From assembly GCF_009914755.1 (NCBI RefSeq), contig NC_060931.1: a DNA stretch of 64,000 nucleotides; one strand, given 5' to 3'. This stretch comes from the human T2T-CHM13v2.0 reference genome, Homo sapiens. Position numbers and translations under genes: made by a program. Shown here piece after piece: positions 13,927 to 28,467 of the stretch (its first letter is position 1; the number at the start of each line of letters is the position of its first letter). The notes under the pieces are model-generated. The model saw nothing but the letters and a program-made list of their open reading frames with translations. It ran no database searches and was not told the origin of the DNA.

Positions 13927-14426
13927 TGTGTTAGTCCTTTTGAACGCTGCCAATAAAAGACATACCTGAGACTGGGTAATTCGTGAGGAAAAAGAGATTT
14001 AATGGACTCACAATTCCACGTGGCTGGGGAGGCCTCACAATCATGGAAGAAGGTGAAAGGCATGTCTTCCATGGGCGGCAGGCAAGAAAGAGAATGAGAA
14101 CCAAGTGAAAGGGGTCTCCCCTTATAAAACCATCCGACCTTATGAGACTTATTCACTGTCATGAGAACAATGGGGGAAAGCGGCCCCATGATTCAATTGA
14201 TTCAGTTATCTCCCACCAGGTCCCTTCCACAATTTGAATATGAAATGTAGTCATAGATATATCTACGATAATTATAATATTATAAGATTAAGAGGAACAT
14301 CTTCCAAATTAGTTTAAAAAATACATTTAGAATAAGGTAGATAATTAGAAGTCTATTGGGACTTCTAAGTTGTGGGAGCTACAATTCAAGATGATATTTG
14401 GGTGGGGACACAGCCAAACTATATCA
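13927..14426 (-). mobile_element. THE1 (THE1B-like) MaLR solo LTR carrying a ~140-bp foreign insertion
   Basis: Ends match the THE1 consensus ('tgtgttagtcc...' and '...ggtggggacacagccaaactatatca'). Length is 500 bp rather than ~360 because of the insert at 14230-14369. Confidence 0.92.
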
Positions 14427-14466
14427 ACACCCCGGACATTTTCGGATGTCTTCTTGTCTGAGTAAC

Positions 14467-14499
14467 TCTGACAAGATCTGACAAGATCTGACAAGATCT
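14467..14499. repeat. 10-bp tandem repeat (TCTGACAAGA)x3
   Basis: Directly visible. Confidence 0.9.
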
Positions 14500-14746
14500 C
14501 TGCTCAAAGCTACCTAGTCAAAGGAATTCTGCTGGGGATTCCCTTTTTTTTGGGGGGGGGGGCGTCTAATTCAAGGGAAAATGCTTGAGAAGAGCCTAAT
14601 ATGAGTGTCAGACATCCCATGAGAATGTCTTACATGAGGAACTATTTACTCTCAGTATTTACATTTGCAAATCAATCAACACAAAAAGACATCAAAAGAT
14701 CTTTATTGAAACGACATGAAAGAAACAACTGATTAGGAACCTCTGG

Positions 14747-15310
14747 TGATACTGATAAAGGTCCAATTTTGAGAGAGAAAACACAGTAATTTGAATAGGA
14801 GAAATTTAATATAAAGGTTTGCCAGCTGTAACAGGTAGCTGGCATCATAAGGGAGTGGCTAATAAAAGTTAAGAAAACTCAGAAGAACATAGGAATAGAA
14901 GACAGAAGGGGCAGCCACTACTCCCAGGGCTGGACTGGGGAACTTGCTTTAAATCAGCCCTTTAGGATGAAAAAGGACAGAAGACGCTGCTCACCAGGAA
15001 TTTCTCACTACAGGCACTTTCCTACAAAACCACTTGAAGAGGTGCCAGGTAAGCTACTGGCTGCTATGCATTTCAGGAACTGGGCACTGAAGAATCTGCC
15101 TGTGTTACAAGACCCTGCCAAGTGAGCATGTAGGAACAAGGGAGGAAAACCTCTTCCTTTAACAATGACTGTCTGCAGCCCACTCCTGACAAAGCTTAAC
15201 GTCATGTCAGCTAGCAAAGAAAAATATTGAAAGGACCTATTTCCATTTCACAAATCAGGTAATAAAGTTTGAATTTGGAGATGAGAGGCAATAAACCTAT
15301 AATTAGTACA
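14747..15310. mobile_element. Old ERVL-class LTR (LTR33/LTR41-like)
   Basis: TG...CA bounded ~560 bp; motif 'acaaagcttaacgtcatgtcagctagcaaag...ggagatgagaggcaata'. Family call uncertain. Confidence 0.45.
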
Positions 15311-15895
15311 AGACATAACACTCTTTAATAATTATAAAAAGTCTTCATCACAGTCTCTTATTTATATAACACTTAGCTTCAATGTTTATAAAATTGTAAA
15401 AAATGTAAAGGCTTTTCTGGGAAGTGTTTATGTAAGAAAAGCAGAGTGGTAGAACCTCTATAATTATAGATCTGCCTTTTCTTTTGGCATCTAATATTTC
15501 AAAATAATATTAAGTCTGAGTTCAACTTGCCTTAAAAAAAAAAGTCATTCATTTCTACTTCCTGGGTGCTTGTAGAATATTTTTGTGCCTTTGAAATTAA
15601 ATCATTATAGTTTTTTATATTTTGGGTAGAATATTTTTAAGAGGTGAGCGTCCTTAAACCTCAGATTTGAATCTTCCTTTGCTTTAGGGCAATTTCTGCC
15701 ATTGTGTTTGTGCCTATTATTTATGTTCCATTGATTTTTTTACACTTCTTCACAAATGAGATTTATCTGTTTACCAGATACCATTTGTCTACCATATCCA
15801 TTATATTGTCTGTGTCCATTTTCATCTCCTTTTTATTTTCTGATATTGTCTTCTTAAGTCTATACTTTGGGTATAGTTTTTTTTGTTTTTCTGTG

Positions 15896-15927
<32 letters not shown>

Positions 15928-17579
15928 ATTTTCATCTTCCTTCTGGGTCTACTTCAAATTTCACAATGGCATTATTTGTTTTCTTAAATGTTTTCCTAAA
16001 CTCTCTCAGTCTTCCTTTTGTATTTATTTCTTATCATATGGCCTCATTTTTTCTTCAGTTTTTTTTCCTATTTCACTTGCGTGTATACAACAGTTCTGCC
16101 TAAAATTATTCTTAGTTTCCTGGAGATAATACTCAAAAGCATGTTCTTTATCAACTTTTAATAAGCTCTTTCCCCTCCTTCACTCCCAATTTGTCTTATT
16201 GTGGATGGGTACGGGTTCTTTATGCTTCTTTTCCCCCCAACCAAAAAAACAAAAAAAGATGTGGATGAATAGTCCTTGGGTCCACTCCAGGTATACGTGG
16301 CACTTTGGAGTTTAGGTCTGTCTTATCGGTTCAGCATGAGATGGTGGAGGATAGAGCTATCACTCAGCAGCCCCAGCTATCCCAGCAGGCTTTTACAGTG
16401 AATTAGAGCTGCCATGGCACGTATCAGCTTTCCTTATTTTGATTTTGTTCTCCTTGGCCTCTACTCTTTCTATAAACATACAAAAGTACCATTTGAGATC
16501 TTCCTATAATTTGTATTTGTTGAAGCTGGGGTAAGTCCAAGGCCTAGTGTTTGGGGTAACCCAGTCAGAAAACATGGCTTTTGCTTTTGGACAAATTGAC
16601 AATTGTGACAAATGAGAATTTGTTTAGAAGAAAGATTCTCAATCCATGACATTTCTAGCTTGTAACAATTGCTATAACTCCCCCACTTTGGATGGTAAAT
16701 TTCTCCTCAGCTGTCATTGGCCCTCAAAGCCAAAATGACTCCAATTAGAATGTATCAATATCACTCATAGTTCTCCCCACCAGTACTGACCACATGCAGA
16801 TTACAGGGTTCATCCATTACAGCAGAGGAAAGAAACTCTTTTTTTTTCTTTTTTTTTTTTTTTTTTAAAGAAACTGGGTTGAAGAAGTAGTTCATTGAAT
16901 GGTTGTCTTACAACCAAGGATTAAGAGTAACATACAGAGATGCATTTCAAGGGGAATTCAAGAAAGGAAATCCTAACGTTCTGCTTGATGCTGCCATATT
17001 TCCAAACTTTAACTCTCCAAATGAGGGGACATATGGTTTGCTAGACTGTACTCTTGAACTGGTGAAATCCTTTCCTTCTCCACGTGTCTTTCTCTTTAGT
17101 CATTAGAATCATTTACTGGGAATTAGACTGGAAACCTACACTGACATGATCATCTTAAAAAGTTTGTTTATATCTCTAAAAGTATAAAATAATATATATT
17201 TACTGTAGAAATATAGAAAATGCAGAAGATTTTTAAGAAAAAAAGCACTCATAACCACACCAATCAGATTGTAGTCTCATCAATATTTTAATGAACATCT
17301 TGTATTTAGGGTCTTTTTCAGGCACATTATTTTACATAGAAGAGTTCATACTCTATGTGTCATGTGAGGTCAAGCTTTGTAAAATTTGGAAGCCACATGA
17401 TGAAAAGACAAAGCCCCAAATTAGGTGTCTGAGTCTCTGAGTTACTACATAGAGAAGAGCAGCCCATCAATCAGGTCATTATATGAGCAAATACCAAATT
17501 TGTAATGTATTTTGTGTTTTATTTGTTATTATTTGAACCTTGTTCACCTAACGGCTAACAATCTCCTAACTAATATATC

Positions 17580-18030
17580 CAGAAAACCATTGGAGGGTTT
17601 TGAACAGAAGAGTCACATGGTCCAATGCATTGTATGAAATGATCATTTTGCTTTTTTTGTGAAGAATGGACTTTAGAGAGGTAGGCTGGAAGCAGAGGAC
17701 TCTTCATAAATAGTTGATATAGTTCAGGTAAATCTTGCTTACTTTCACTAGGATAGTTGCAGCAGAAAGAGTCAAAGTGAAAGGGTGATTGTGAAAACAT
17801 ACTAGAGGTAGAGCTGATAAGGTTTGCTAAGAGATCAGATGTGGGGAATGAGATTAAAAGAGAGAAGACATGAATAATTCAAGACTTTGATTCAACCTGC
17901 TGAAAGAATAAAGTTGTTATTTACTGTGATAGACAAACTGCAAGATTTGGCTTAAAGCATGATATGAGATGCCTGTAGACATCAAAGTCGAGATGGTTGC
18001 ACAGGTTGATATATAAATCTGGAGTTCAAA
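17580..18030 (-). mobile_element. L2 fragment
   Basis: 'ccattggagggttttgaacagaagagtcacatg...ggtagagctgataagg...atctggagttca' are typical L2 antisense motifs. Confidence 0.7.
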
Positions 18031-19757
18031 GCCCAAAATAGAATTCTCAATGAAAAGAAAAAGTACTGACAAAACTAATTACAAGCCAAACATAAGAATG
18101 ATTTTCATGTATTCACTTCAATCATATTCAAATGAATAAATAATACTCATTTTTAGTTTGAAAACCAGATCTATTATATTTATTTTATTTTCATGACCAT
18201 TTTTGGAGTTCAAATGCAAACATAATATATGATAATTTACATATTAGTATAATTAATCTCATAATATAAGTAATTTTTAGAGAATACTGTTCATATTGTA
18301 ATATATAGTACGGTAAACATATTTTAATATTAAGACATATCCAAACTGTTTTTCAAAGTGTGTGTTTAGTATTTCCATTATTACAAGAGTTCCAGTTTCT
18401 CTGCATGACTTGCAGAAATTGATATGTGCAGGTTTATTTTTATTTTTTATTTTCCCTTTCTGATTTAATTGGCTACATTATTTGTACGGAATATTATCTC
18501 CATAATAAAAAGTTAATTATTTTCCCTTTTACTACAGTCCCATATATTTTGAGGACACTTTTTTAAAGAATCTAGTTGTGTGTTGCCAAAATTTTAATAT
18601 TGTCTCTAAGAGTCTTTGAATCTTTTGTATTAACACTTTTCATTAGAAAACAGCAGCATATGAAACTTAAATCACTCTCTATTTTCTCAGATCAGATTTT
18701 ATTACTTTTGGCCAAAGTCCTTTCCACGACTTAGAAGGCAAAGATCAGGTAGAACATGATCTTTAAACAAATTGATGGCATACACTTGAGGTCAGAGCAT
18801 AAAAAACAAATAGTATTTCAGAAGTTATTTCTTTAAAACCCCATCAAGCTAATACATCTCATTGTTATTTTAACAGTAGTCAGTGCCAAAAGAACGACTC
18901 AAAGTGCTGCATACATATCAGTGTCAGAATCTATGTAATTCTCTTTATGGGATTGATCGTGAGTCAGTCAGTGTTGGAATTAATCCAAATTCACAGTGCA
19001 GAATAAAAGAATGTGGAAGATCTCCTGAGTATTTCTTTCAGAGATAAATATGTAGATATTTCAAAGGTTCTAAGAAGTCCAGCAGCATACAAATTTATTT
19101 TAATTTGCTCAACCTGCAGTTTCTTATTTGTAATTTACTACAGCGTTCCTGTTAACCTATCACCAGCGAACGACTCTAAAAGTGCGAATTACCTGATTCG
19201 TGACTTGGGGTTGCTACTCTAACTTAGAAAGTCTATAGGACTTGTTTCTCTTTTGAGGAAATAATAGATAACACTGATATTGGTAATCATAACTAACGTC
19301 CATGACTTGGAGGAAAAATTATTATAAAAGATGTGTCTATGTTTGAAAACAAATAAGAAAAGATTGGTTCCATCATGTTTTACACTACACACAGATTGTG
19401 TTTCTAATAATGGCAGCAGATCAGGCACAGTCCTTTACCTAAGGACTCATCACAGGGACTGCTGCCTGCTGGTGACAGGCCCTGTGAACCTTCTTTTATG
19501 AGACAGAGTTGAAACAATTCATCATAGACTTAAATCCAGTTCTTACCATTCTTTAGGACATGTGGTTAAGAATGTTTCTCTAGTTTTAGTACCAAGAATA
19601 ATGTGTTTCTCCTGAACGACATTTATGTTATTTAATTTTGTGGATGCTATGAATCACTTACCTAATCATGTTTCCCACTTCAGATGGTTAAATAGGTAAC
19701 TTAGTGTCAAATGTGTGACATAAATCTTAAGTGTATAGAATTCAAAGGGCGGCATAC

Positions 19758-20128
19758 TGTCTTAGTCTGTTCTGACAGCTATAAGAGAACACCATAGACT
19801 AGGTGGCTTATAAACAGCAGAAATTTATTTCTCACAGTTTTGGAAGCTTGAAGTCCAAGAGCAAGATGCCTGCAAATTTGTTGTCTTGTAAGATCCTGCT
19901 TCTGGGTTCATAGATAATCATCTTTTCACTGTGCCCTCACATGGCAGAAGAGGCAAAAGAGATCTCTGGGGCCTTTTTTGTAAGGCCACTAATCCCGACC
20001 ATGTGGCCTCCACCCTCATGACACAATCGTCTTCCAAAGGCCCCACCTCCTAATATAATCAGTTTGTGTGTTAGGATTTCAACGTACTGATTTTGAGGGG
20101 AAGGGACACAAACATTCAGATCATTGCA
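19758..20128 (-). mobile_element. MLT1A-like MaLR solo LTR
   Basis: 'tgtcttagtctgtt...ggtggcttataaacagcagaaatttatttctcacagt...gggacacaaacattcagatcattgca'. Confidence 0.85.
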
Positions 20129-20255
20129 CAGGCTGAACTCATTCCAGGATTCACAGTGATTCCTGCTCATAAATATATACACACACATATATACATATAT
20201 ATATACATATATTTTTTTGCCTAAATCTTATCATCTATTTCACTTTGTTTTATTG

Positions 20256-20561
<306 letters not shown>

Positions 20562-21379
20562 ATTGAGCTTTATTAAGTGTGTTGATACACAATGTTTTCA
20601 TCTCTTCTTGTAATGAAGTAGAAAATTTAGTAAGCTAATAGATCATGTGATGAACAAAAATAGCAGTTCTCTAGTTAGATAGTGCCTCATTTTATAGGCA
20701 TTTCTCAGAAGACACCTACACATCTTTATTATCCTTACAACCACACAGATTGTAGTTAAGAAGAGCCATTATTTGGTGGGTCCAGACTGCTGGCTATGAC
20801 AATGGAAAACAACTAAAGATTTTTAGGACACCAGTTCATGATCCAAGCAAATTGATATATTTTTCATTTATTTTAACTTTTAAGCATTATCTCCCAAAAT
20901 AAACACACATTGATATACTGATTTTTACTTTAGACTTTTTCTTGGAGGAAGATTATTAGCACTTAATATTCTGCGTAAGGAACTGTGCTGCAATAGACTT
21001 CCAATATGTAACTTCTTTGCCCCATCATGAACCACTGTGCTATTGTTGCCATCACCTAGTCAAGAATTCTTGTGTCTAAGCTGAAATCAGAAATGTCTGA
21101 AAGAAATCTTCTGTTCATCTTCATTGCCAGCACTAGAACATTATTGCCTGTCACCGTCACCTGCTCTGTTCAAAGGAATGAATTGGATGCCTCACGATCA
21201 GCTTGTTGCTTTTTTTTTTTAAACCAGTGGGTGGGGCGTGGGGACGGGGAACAACAACTTCCTAAGTCATGGATGTTCTTCAGAATAATAGAGGATAACT
21301 TACACAAACAAATCCAAAGCCACGTAGCTTCCACATCTTCCCTCCCCCCTCAGAACTATATGAAAATTTAAAAATTCTA

Positions 21380-21905
21380 CTCGTCGAAAGTTACTGTTCT
21401 GAGAATAAAAAGGTAAACTGTAAACTCTGAAAAATGTTTACATATGCTATATTTAATAAAATACTTGGATCTGGAATAAATAATGCTGAAAATGCTAAAC
21501 TCAAAAACAATTTTTTTAAAAAAAGGGCAAAAGATTTGAAGAGATGCTGTACTAAAGAAATTCATATGTCAAATAAATACTAAAGAAATGCTCAACGCCT
21601 TTAGTCATTAGGGAAATGCAAATTAAAAACACTACACACATATTAAAATAGGTAAAATTAAAAAGACATGCTAGTAAGTGTTTGTGAGGATGTGGAGGAA
21701 CTGAAGCCATCATAAGCTGTTGGTGGGAATGAAAAAAATGGTACAAATCATTATGGAAAGTTGTTTGGTAGCTTCTTAAGAAATTAAACATACATTTACC
21801 AAATAATCAAGTCATTCCGCTTTTAGATATTTACCCAAGAAAAGTGAAATCATATACCCATGCAAATACCAGCACACACATGTTCATAGCACATTCATTT
21901 GTACT
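21380..21905 (+). mobile_element. Old L1M ORF2 3' fragment
   Basis: 'ttagtcattagggaaatgcaaattaaaaacac', 'tggtgggaatg', 'atatttacccaaga'. Confidence 0.8.
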
Positions 21906-22329
21906 TATTACAGATACATCACACAATCCATAGGCTTCTTATACAACCTGCTAAAAGTTCCCATTGCGGTGTTGAGTTTCTGGGAACTATTTAATTGTTC
22001 TGTCAGATTTCCCTGCCTGTATCTGGGAGTTTCCTTTGATGCTTCTACTGTCTTACTTCCCATATTCAGTTTAACGTCAACACCTGTAAGTTTTTCTGGT
22101 AAGTCAGTATACTATTACAACCTACTAGTGGGTTATAACATCAATTTAATGGGTCATGAGTAGAATTTTTAAAAATTAGAACAGAAAGAAGATAATAAAA
22201 TTATTCCAAAATTTTATTATGTTTTACCAGTGATAAAATTAATTTTATTTACAAGATTTTGTTTCACAGTCACAGACATACACTTACACAGAGTTGAATC
22301 TTTTAAAAAATGTAAATTCCAGTTACAAA

Positions 22330-23130
22330 ATTATTGCAAACCGCTGCTTCAAATCGGACGCTTTCTCTTCATTTCTACCACTATCATACATCACACCTCT
22401 GAGCCACTCTCTACCTTCTCTTCTGCCTCTCTGCTTTCTCTCCAACACACTTTGAATCCACTGCCAGATAGCCACTAGAAAAATCTTTTTAGCATCTGAA
22501 TCATATCGACCCTTTCTCTACCTTATGATTCTCCACTGGCATCCATGGCCTTTGGAGTAAAGTGATGCACACCCCCATGCCCACTGTACCTACATTTGAG
22601 GCTATAACATGACCTGGCTCCTGTTTCTCTTACCCCAGCCATAACCTCACTATATGCCTCCCACCCTTTCACTTCACTCTTTGTGATCCTACTGTCAATA
22701 TCCCCATGTACCTCAGCACCTTCAAGCTCATGTTTACCTCTGCCTAGAATACTTTTCTTGACCTCTTAGCATTCCTGGATCCTTCTCATTTCTTCATGAA
22801 TCAGTGTAAGTAATGCCCCACTTAGAGTTGTCTTCTTTGAATACCAACTGACTTCTGGATATCTCCAGTTGGATACTATACACGTATTTAGAATTTAACA
22901 CATCGTTATTGAGCTCATTTTTGTTCATCCTTGCCTCCCTTTTCACACTACCATCAACAAAACTGTATATCTTTCCTATATCTCTACTTCTGTGAACGTC
23001 GCCACTTTTCTAGAGCCTGGACGCATCCGTATTCCTCTCATTCTCTCCACATTCACATCTATTCTATCTCCAAGTCTTTGAAGATTCTACTTCTGATACT
23101 GCCAGGTAGATGTCTCCTTTTTAATCAAAT
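22330..23130 (+). mobile_element. Degraded L2 fragments
   Basis: Pyrimidine-rich L2 sense motifs ('ctctgcctagaatactttt', 'ctggatatctccagttggata'). Confidence 0.55.
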
Positions 23131-23137
23131 TGCTTAA

Positions 23138-23447
23138 GGCTGGGTGCGGTGGCTCACACCTGTAGTCCCAGCACTTTGGGAGGCTGAGGCAGGCAGATCT
23201 CTTGAGTATAGGAGTTTGAGACCAGCCTGGGCAACATGGTGAAACCCTATCTTCAGAAAAATACAAAAATTATCTAGGTGTGGTGGCACATGCTTGTAGT
23301 CCCAGCTACTCGGGAGGCTGAGGTGGGAGAATCACCTGAGCCTGAGGAGGTCAAAGATGCAGCGGACTGTGATTGGTGATCATGCCACTACACTGTAGCC
23401 TGGGTAAAGAGTGAGATCCTGTCTCAAAATAAATAAATAAATAAATA
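23138..23447 (+). mobile_element. AluJ
   Basis: Dimeric Alu with J-type features ('gagaatcacctgagcctgaggaggtcaa', 'gtgagatcctgtctc') and a (TAAA)n tail. Confidence 0.92.
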
Positions 23448-24482
23448 CAACAAAAATAATCAAAGAGTTTAGTATATAAGTTTATATTCATGAAACAAAT
23501 GAGAATATTTGAAGCATATAAATTCCTAGGATTTTTCAACTTTGTAGTTTTTATTGTCATGCTATGATATGATTTACAACATCCATACTTATCTCTACAG
23601 CAGCATAATGTCCAGTTACCGTGTGCATTCACAGCTTGGAGGATGGAGCATGAACCTAGATCATGCCTACATTAGGGCAGAGACCTCTAAGCCCAACAGT
23701 AAAGAAAGTATATCTGGAAAGTTCCAGCTCCCTAGGAGTTTCAACCACCAACTGGGCCTTGCACAGCTACACAGCAGTGCTGAACTTTATTTTTAATCTA
23801 TCAATAAATTCCTGATTTGTACTAGTATTTTATTTTGTCCCTTTCCTTATATTACCCAACATTCTTTTAATATAACAAATGTTTGCCAGCTTTGTTTAAA
23901 TTTCCAGCAAATTTAAATCAATTTTTTGTCAATCTCTCTAGATAAGTTGAATTAGTCTTAGCAAAAAATCTGGTGTTCTAAATTTGTTATAACTGGTTCA
24001 GTATTTCACTTGAATTTTTTACATATTAAAATAAAGTCTAGTTTCTTTGATAGTGTGTAGTCTCAGCTGAATTGAGTAAAATGCATCAGAATTTTTTTAA
24101 AAATTGCTCCCTTGAGGGTGTTTATTTTTCATTAAGGAGTGAAGGTGTCGTTTCCAAACTTCTTATGTTGGAAACTTTGATAACAAGACAAAACGATATG
24201 TATATTGCTAAATGAATGGTAATTACAGGAGGTACAAAATAATTCAGGAGAGAGAAAGAAGTTTGTGTTGTGGTCAGGAAAGACTCAAGAAAGAAAGGAG
24301 AAAGGAGTTTAAAGTATAAATCAGGATAGTTCTAAAATATTATATTACTTGAGAGTATCAGATTCATCAGTTACACCATTAAAATATTTACACAATAACA
24401 GAAGGACTTACTATATTGCGATTTAAGGCTGGGCTGTAAGGTAATGAGGCATTGAAGTGTCACACATAAAATAAAAGGACAG

Positions 24483-24815
<333 letters not shown>

Positions 24816-24886
24816 AATAAAATGACAATATATTAAGCCATTAACACTAGCTATCTCTGGATTAAAACGGGCGTGTAACAATTATT

Positions 24887-25109
24887 GGGGACTTTCAAAC
24901 TTTTTCTGTAAAAGGCCAAGTAGTAAATATTTTACACTTTACAAACCACCCAGTTAGTCACTATCACAACTACACAACTCCATTGCAGTGAGAAAGCCAC
25001 CATAAACAACATGTAAACAGGTGAGTGGGAGTGAGTTCCAGTAAAAGGTTATTTGCTCAACAGGCAGCAGCAGCACTTGGCCTGAAGGTCCTATTTTGCT
25101 AACCTCTGC
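24887..25109 (+). mobile_element. MER58A-like hAT-Charlie MITE
   Basis: 'caaactttttctgtaaaaggccaagtagtaaatatttt...ttgctaacctctg'; ~220 bp. Confidence 0.8.
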
Positions 25110-25656
25110 TTTACACACAGATGAATTATTAGACAACTTTGATAATGATTATATATTAATTTCAATTAAAAAAAGAATTGAATATTACAAGTTTTTAAAC
25201 CACATTATGGAAAAAGTAGCAAAGGAGGAGACATTTAGTTTTCATTTTCAGATATTGCTCACACAGCAAGTTAAGACAAAGAGATCAGAATTAATAAACA
25301 TATGTCCATTAGTTCAATGTTTCTCGGTTGCCACAACTACAGGATCATTATATGAAATACGAGATGAGTTTGGAGGTTCAAGGGCAACTATTTGTCCAGG
25401 CTTCCCACTGAGGCGACTAAGGAAGTTCTTGGTACTGTTCCCTCCTTGCTGCTCAGGCTGCTGGAAGAAATGGCTTGGTATGAGCTGATATCCATCTGTA
25501 TGTGACTGAGGTGGAGGCCACAAGAATCATGGCATTCTTTCACAACTGGAAATGGCAAAAAGAATGTGGTAGTGTGGAGGAGATTAATGCTCCAGGCCCC
25601 TCTATTTTCGCTGTTCCTCTCCCTTTACCAGGGCAGTTACAACCCTAGCTTATTAG

Positions 25657-26063
25657 TGTTAAAAGAAAAACTTCAGAAAAATTAAATTTAACAGCGTTTA
25701 CTTGAAGAAAGAATAATTTGCAAATCAGGAAGTTCCCTGAACCAGAATAGGTTCTAAGCAACTCAGGCAGTGCTGCATGGTTAAAGAGGATTTTTGGACC
25801 GAAAAAACAAAATGATATATAGAAAACGGAAGGGAGGTACAGAAACAACCGTACGAGGCGACCACCTTATTGGAGCACAGTTTGAACAGTTGGCTGCCTG
25901 TGAGTGACAAGTATGGCTGCTGAGATTGGCTGAGACTGGGCTATTTCTTACAAGTGTAGGTTACCGTCCACTTACAAATCCAGTTATGCTTCAGTTTAGT
26001 ACATAAGGAGAACCAAAATTAAAATATGTAAGGAAGCAGCTTTAGGCCAAATGTAATATAACA
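25657..26063 (-). mobile_element. MER57-family ERV1 solo LTR
   Basis: Reverse complement begins 'tgttatattacatttggcctaaagctgcttccttacatatttt'; other end 'tgttaaaagaaaaact'; 4-bp TSD-like ttag/gtag. Confidence 0.75.
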
Positions 26064-26626
26064 GTAGGACACCATAGTAGGGAGTGATAAGGGGGGAAGA
26101 TGAAGTTATTTTAATTTCATAGGTTTCTTAGAATCCATTTTCCTGAAATAAGGGTGAAGTGGGACCCAAGTCTGGGATGAGTGGGCATGAGTGAGTTTAT
26201 ATCTACTTTGTTCTCCTCCTCCACTTAACAGTCAGGCTGCCCACCTGTATTAAAATTTGAAGTAAGAATTTGAATATGTCATAATATTAATTACCGCTCT
26301 ATACATCTACCATCTGGTATTCCTATGCTAATTGATATCAAAGGAAAACACAGAAACTTATTGCAGTAAACACACTCATCTTCATCTTAAAGAAAGCAAT
26401 GCTGAGGCCAATGCTGAGTTCATTGACAATTGATATTTGATAATTTCATTTATTCATTCAGAAACATTTTTCAGTTATGCATTTAATAGATTAGATTTTC
26501 ATAATTTGCATTTAAGTTCTTATTTTTATTAATTTTTAAAGTATTGAATGATACTTTATTTTTATTGTTTTCTTTCTTCAATTACCATCCATTTGCAGAA
26601 AGTAATAAAGTTTACTTTCTAAGTAA

Positions 26627-26949
<323 letters not shown>

Positions 26950-27258
26950 AATTTCATTTATTTTTAAGGTGGAATTTATTTAATAAATAGTCTGGCAAAA
27001 TTTTTAAAATTGATACTCGTATAAGTTAAGTTTGATGAATATTGCATTATCTGATCTTATAGGAGGCCTCATATATGAGCCTTCTTCTGTTGTTATTTTT
27101 CAGATAAAGACAACTAGGGGTCATAAAGAGTATTAAATTATTTAAGATCATGTTAATGATTTTTAAAAGTGACAAAAGGTGAAGATAACTATGCCTACGT
27201 TAAAAAGAACATTTACTGATCATCACTTTATTTTAAAGCTGAATAAGAAATAAAAGCT

Positions 27259-27627
<369 letters not shown>

Positions 27628-28435
27628 TCATGTAAGCTCATCCTTGAGCTATAATGTGCTCAGTGCCTTAGCAGAAATAACTTCAAAGGGATGCCAAAGA
27701 GAAGGTAAAATGATGTACCTATATTGTCCTGTCTGGGAAGTGAAAAAGTGAAATTGTACAATCTGGTTCAAACAATGGAAATATTTAAAAATGTTATGAA
27801 TTAGAAAGTAAGAAACTGGAATTTTCCCACCTACTGACTTCAGAGTGCTTTATATTGATTACATTTTTACATTCCATTTGATGAAAATTATTGCAGTATC
27901 TCAAGGAATTAATGATATCTGTCAAACTTGGGTGGAATCAGAAATTTAGCCCCCTTTTAAAGCAGGCAATATTCTCACTTCACTAGGCTATTCCTGACCC
28001 CTCCTTGCTTCAGAACAGAGAATCCCCAGATGCTTCCTGTTTGAATTTCTGAGTTCTGGACCTGAACTAAACACAACTCATAAAGTATAAGCTGGAGAGA
28101 GGCTAGACAGAACAATGTGAAATAAGCCTCCACTTACTGGATTTGAAATGCTATTGAGAACTGAGCCAATGCAACTTATTTCTATCATTTAACATTATCT
28201 TGGAATATTAAAACAAGCTAACAAAAAGAGAAAATCCTTGAAAAGTTGACTTTCATATTGTTTTTCCTGGGCAAACTATATCAAAACTGGCACTGCTATA
28301 CTTTTAGGGATTTATATGACATTTACTATTAGTCTGGTTACCAAGTGTAGCACAGTCTTGGTGCAGAGTACGCCAAACCAAAAGCTGCCCTTTGGCCAGC
28401 CACTCTAGGTTAAATGTGGTTTCACTTTTACTGGT

Positions 28436-28467
28436 GTTGTGTGTGTGTGTATGTGTGTGTGTGTGTG
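28436..28467. repeat. (TG)n microsatellite
   Basis: Directly visible. Confidence 0.9.

Noticed and set aside
15704-16129. 141-aa hydrophobic, membrane-protein-like ORF
   Set aside because: Artefact of T-rich low-complexity, probably L1-antisense sequence.
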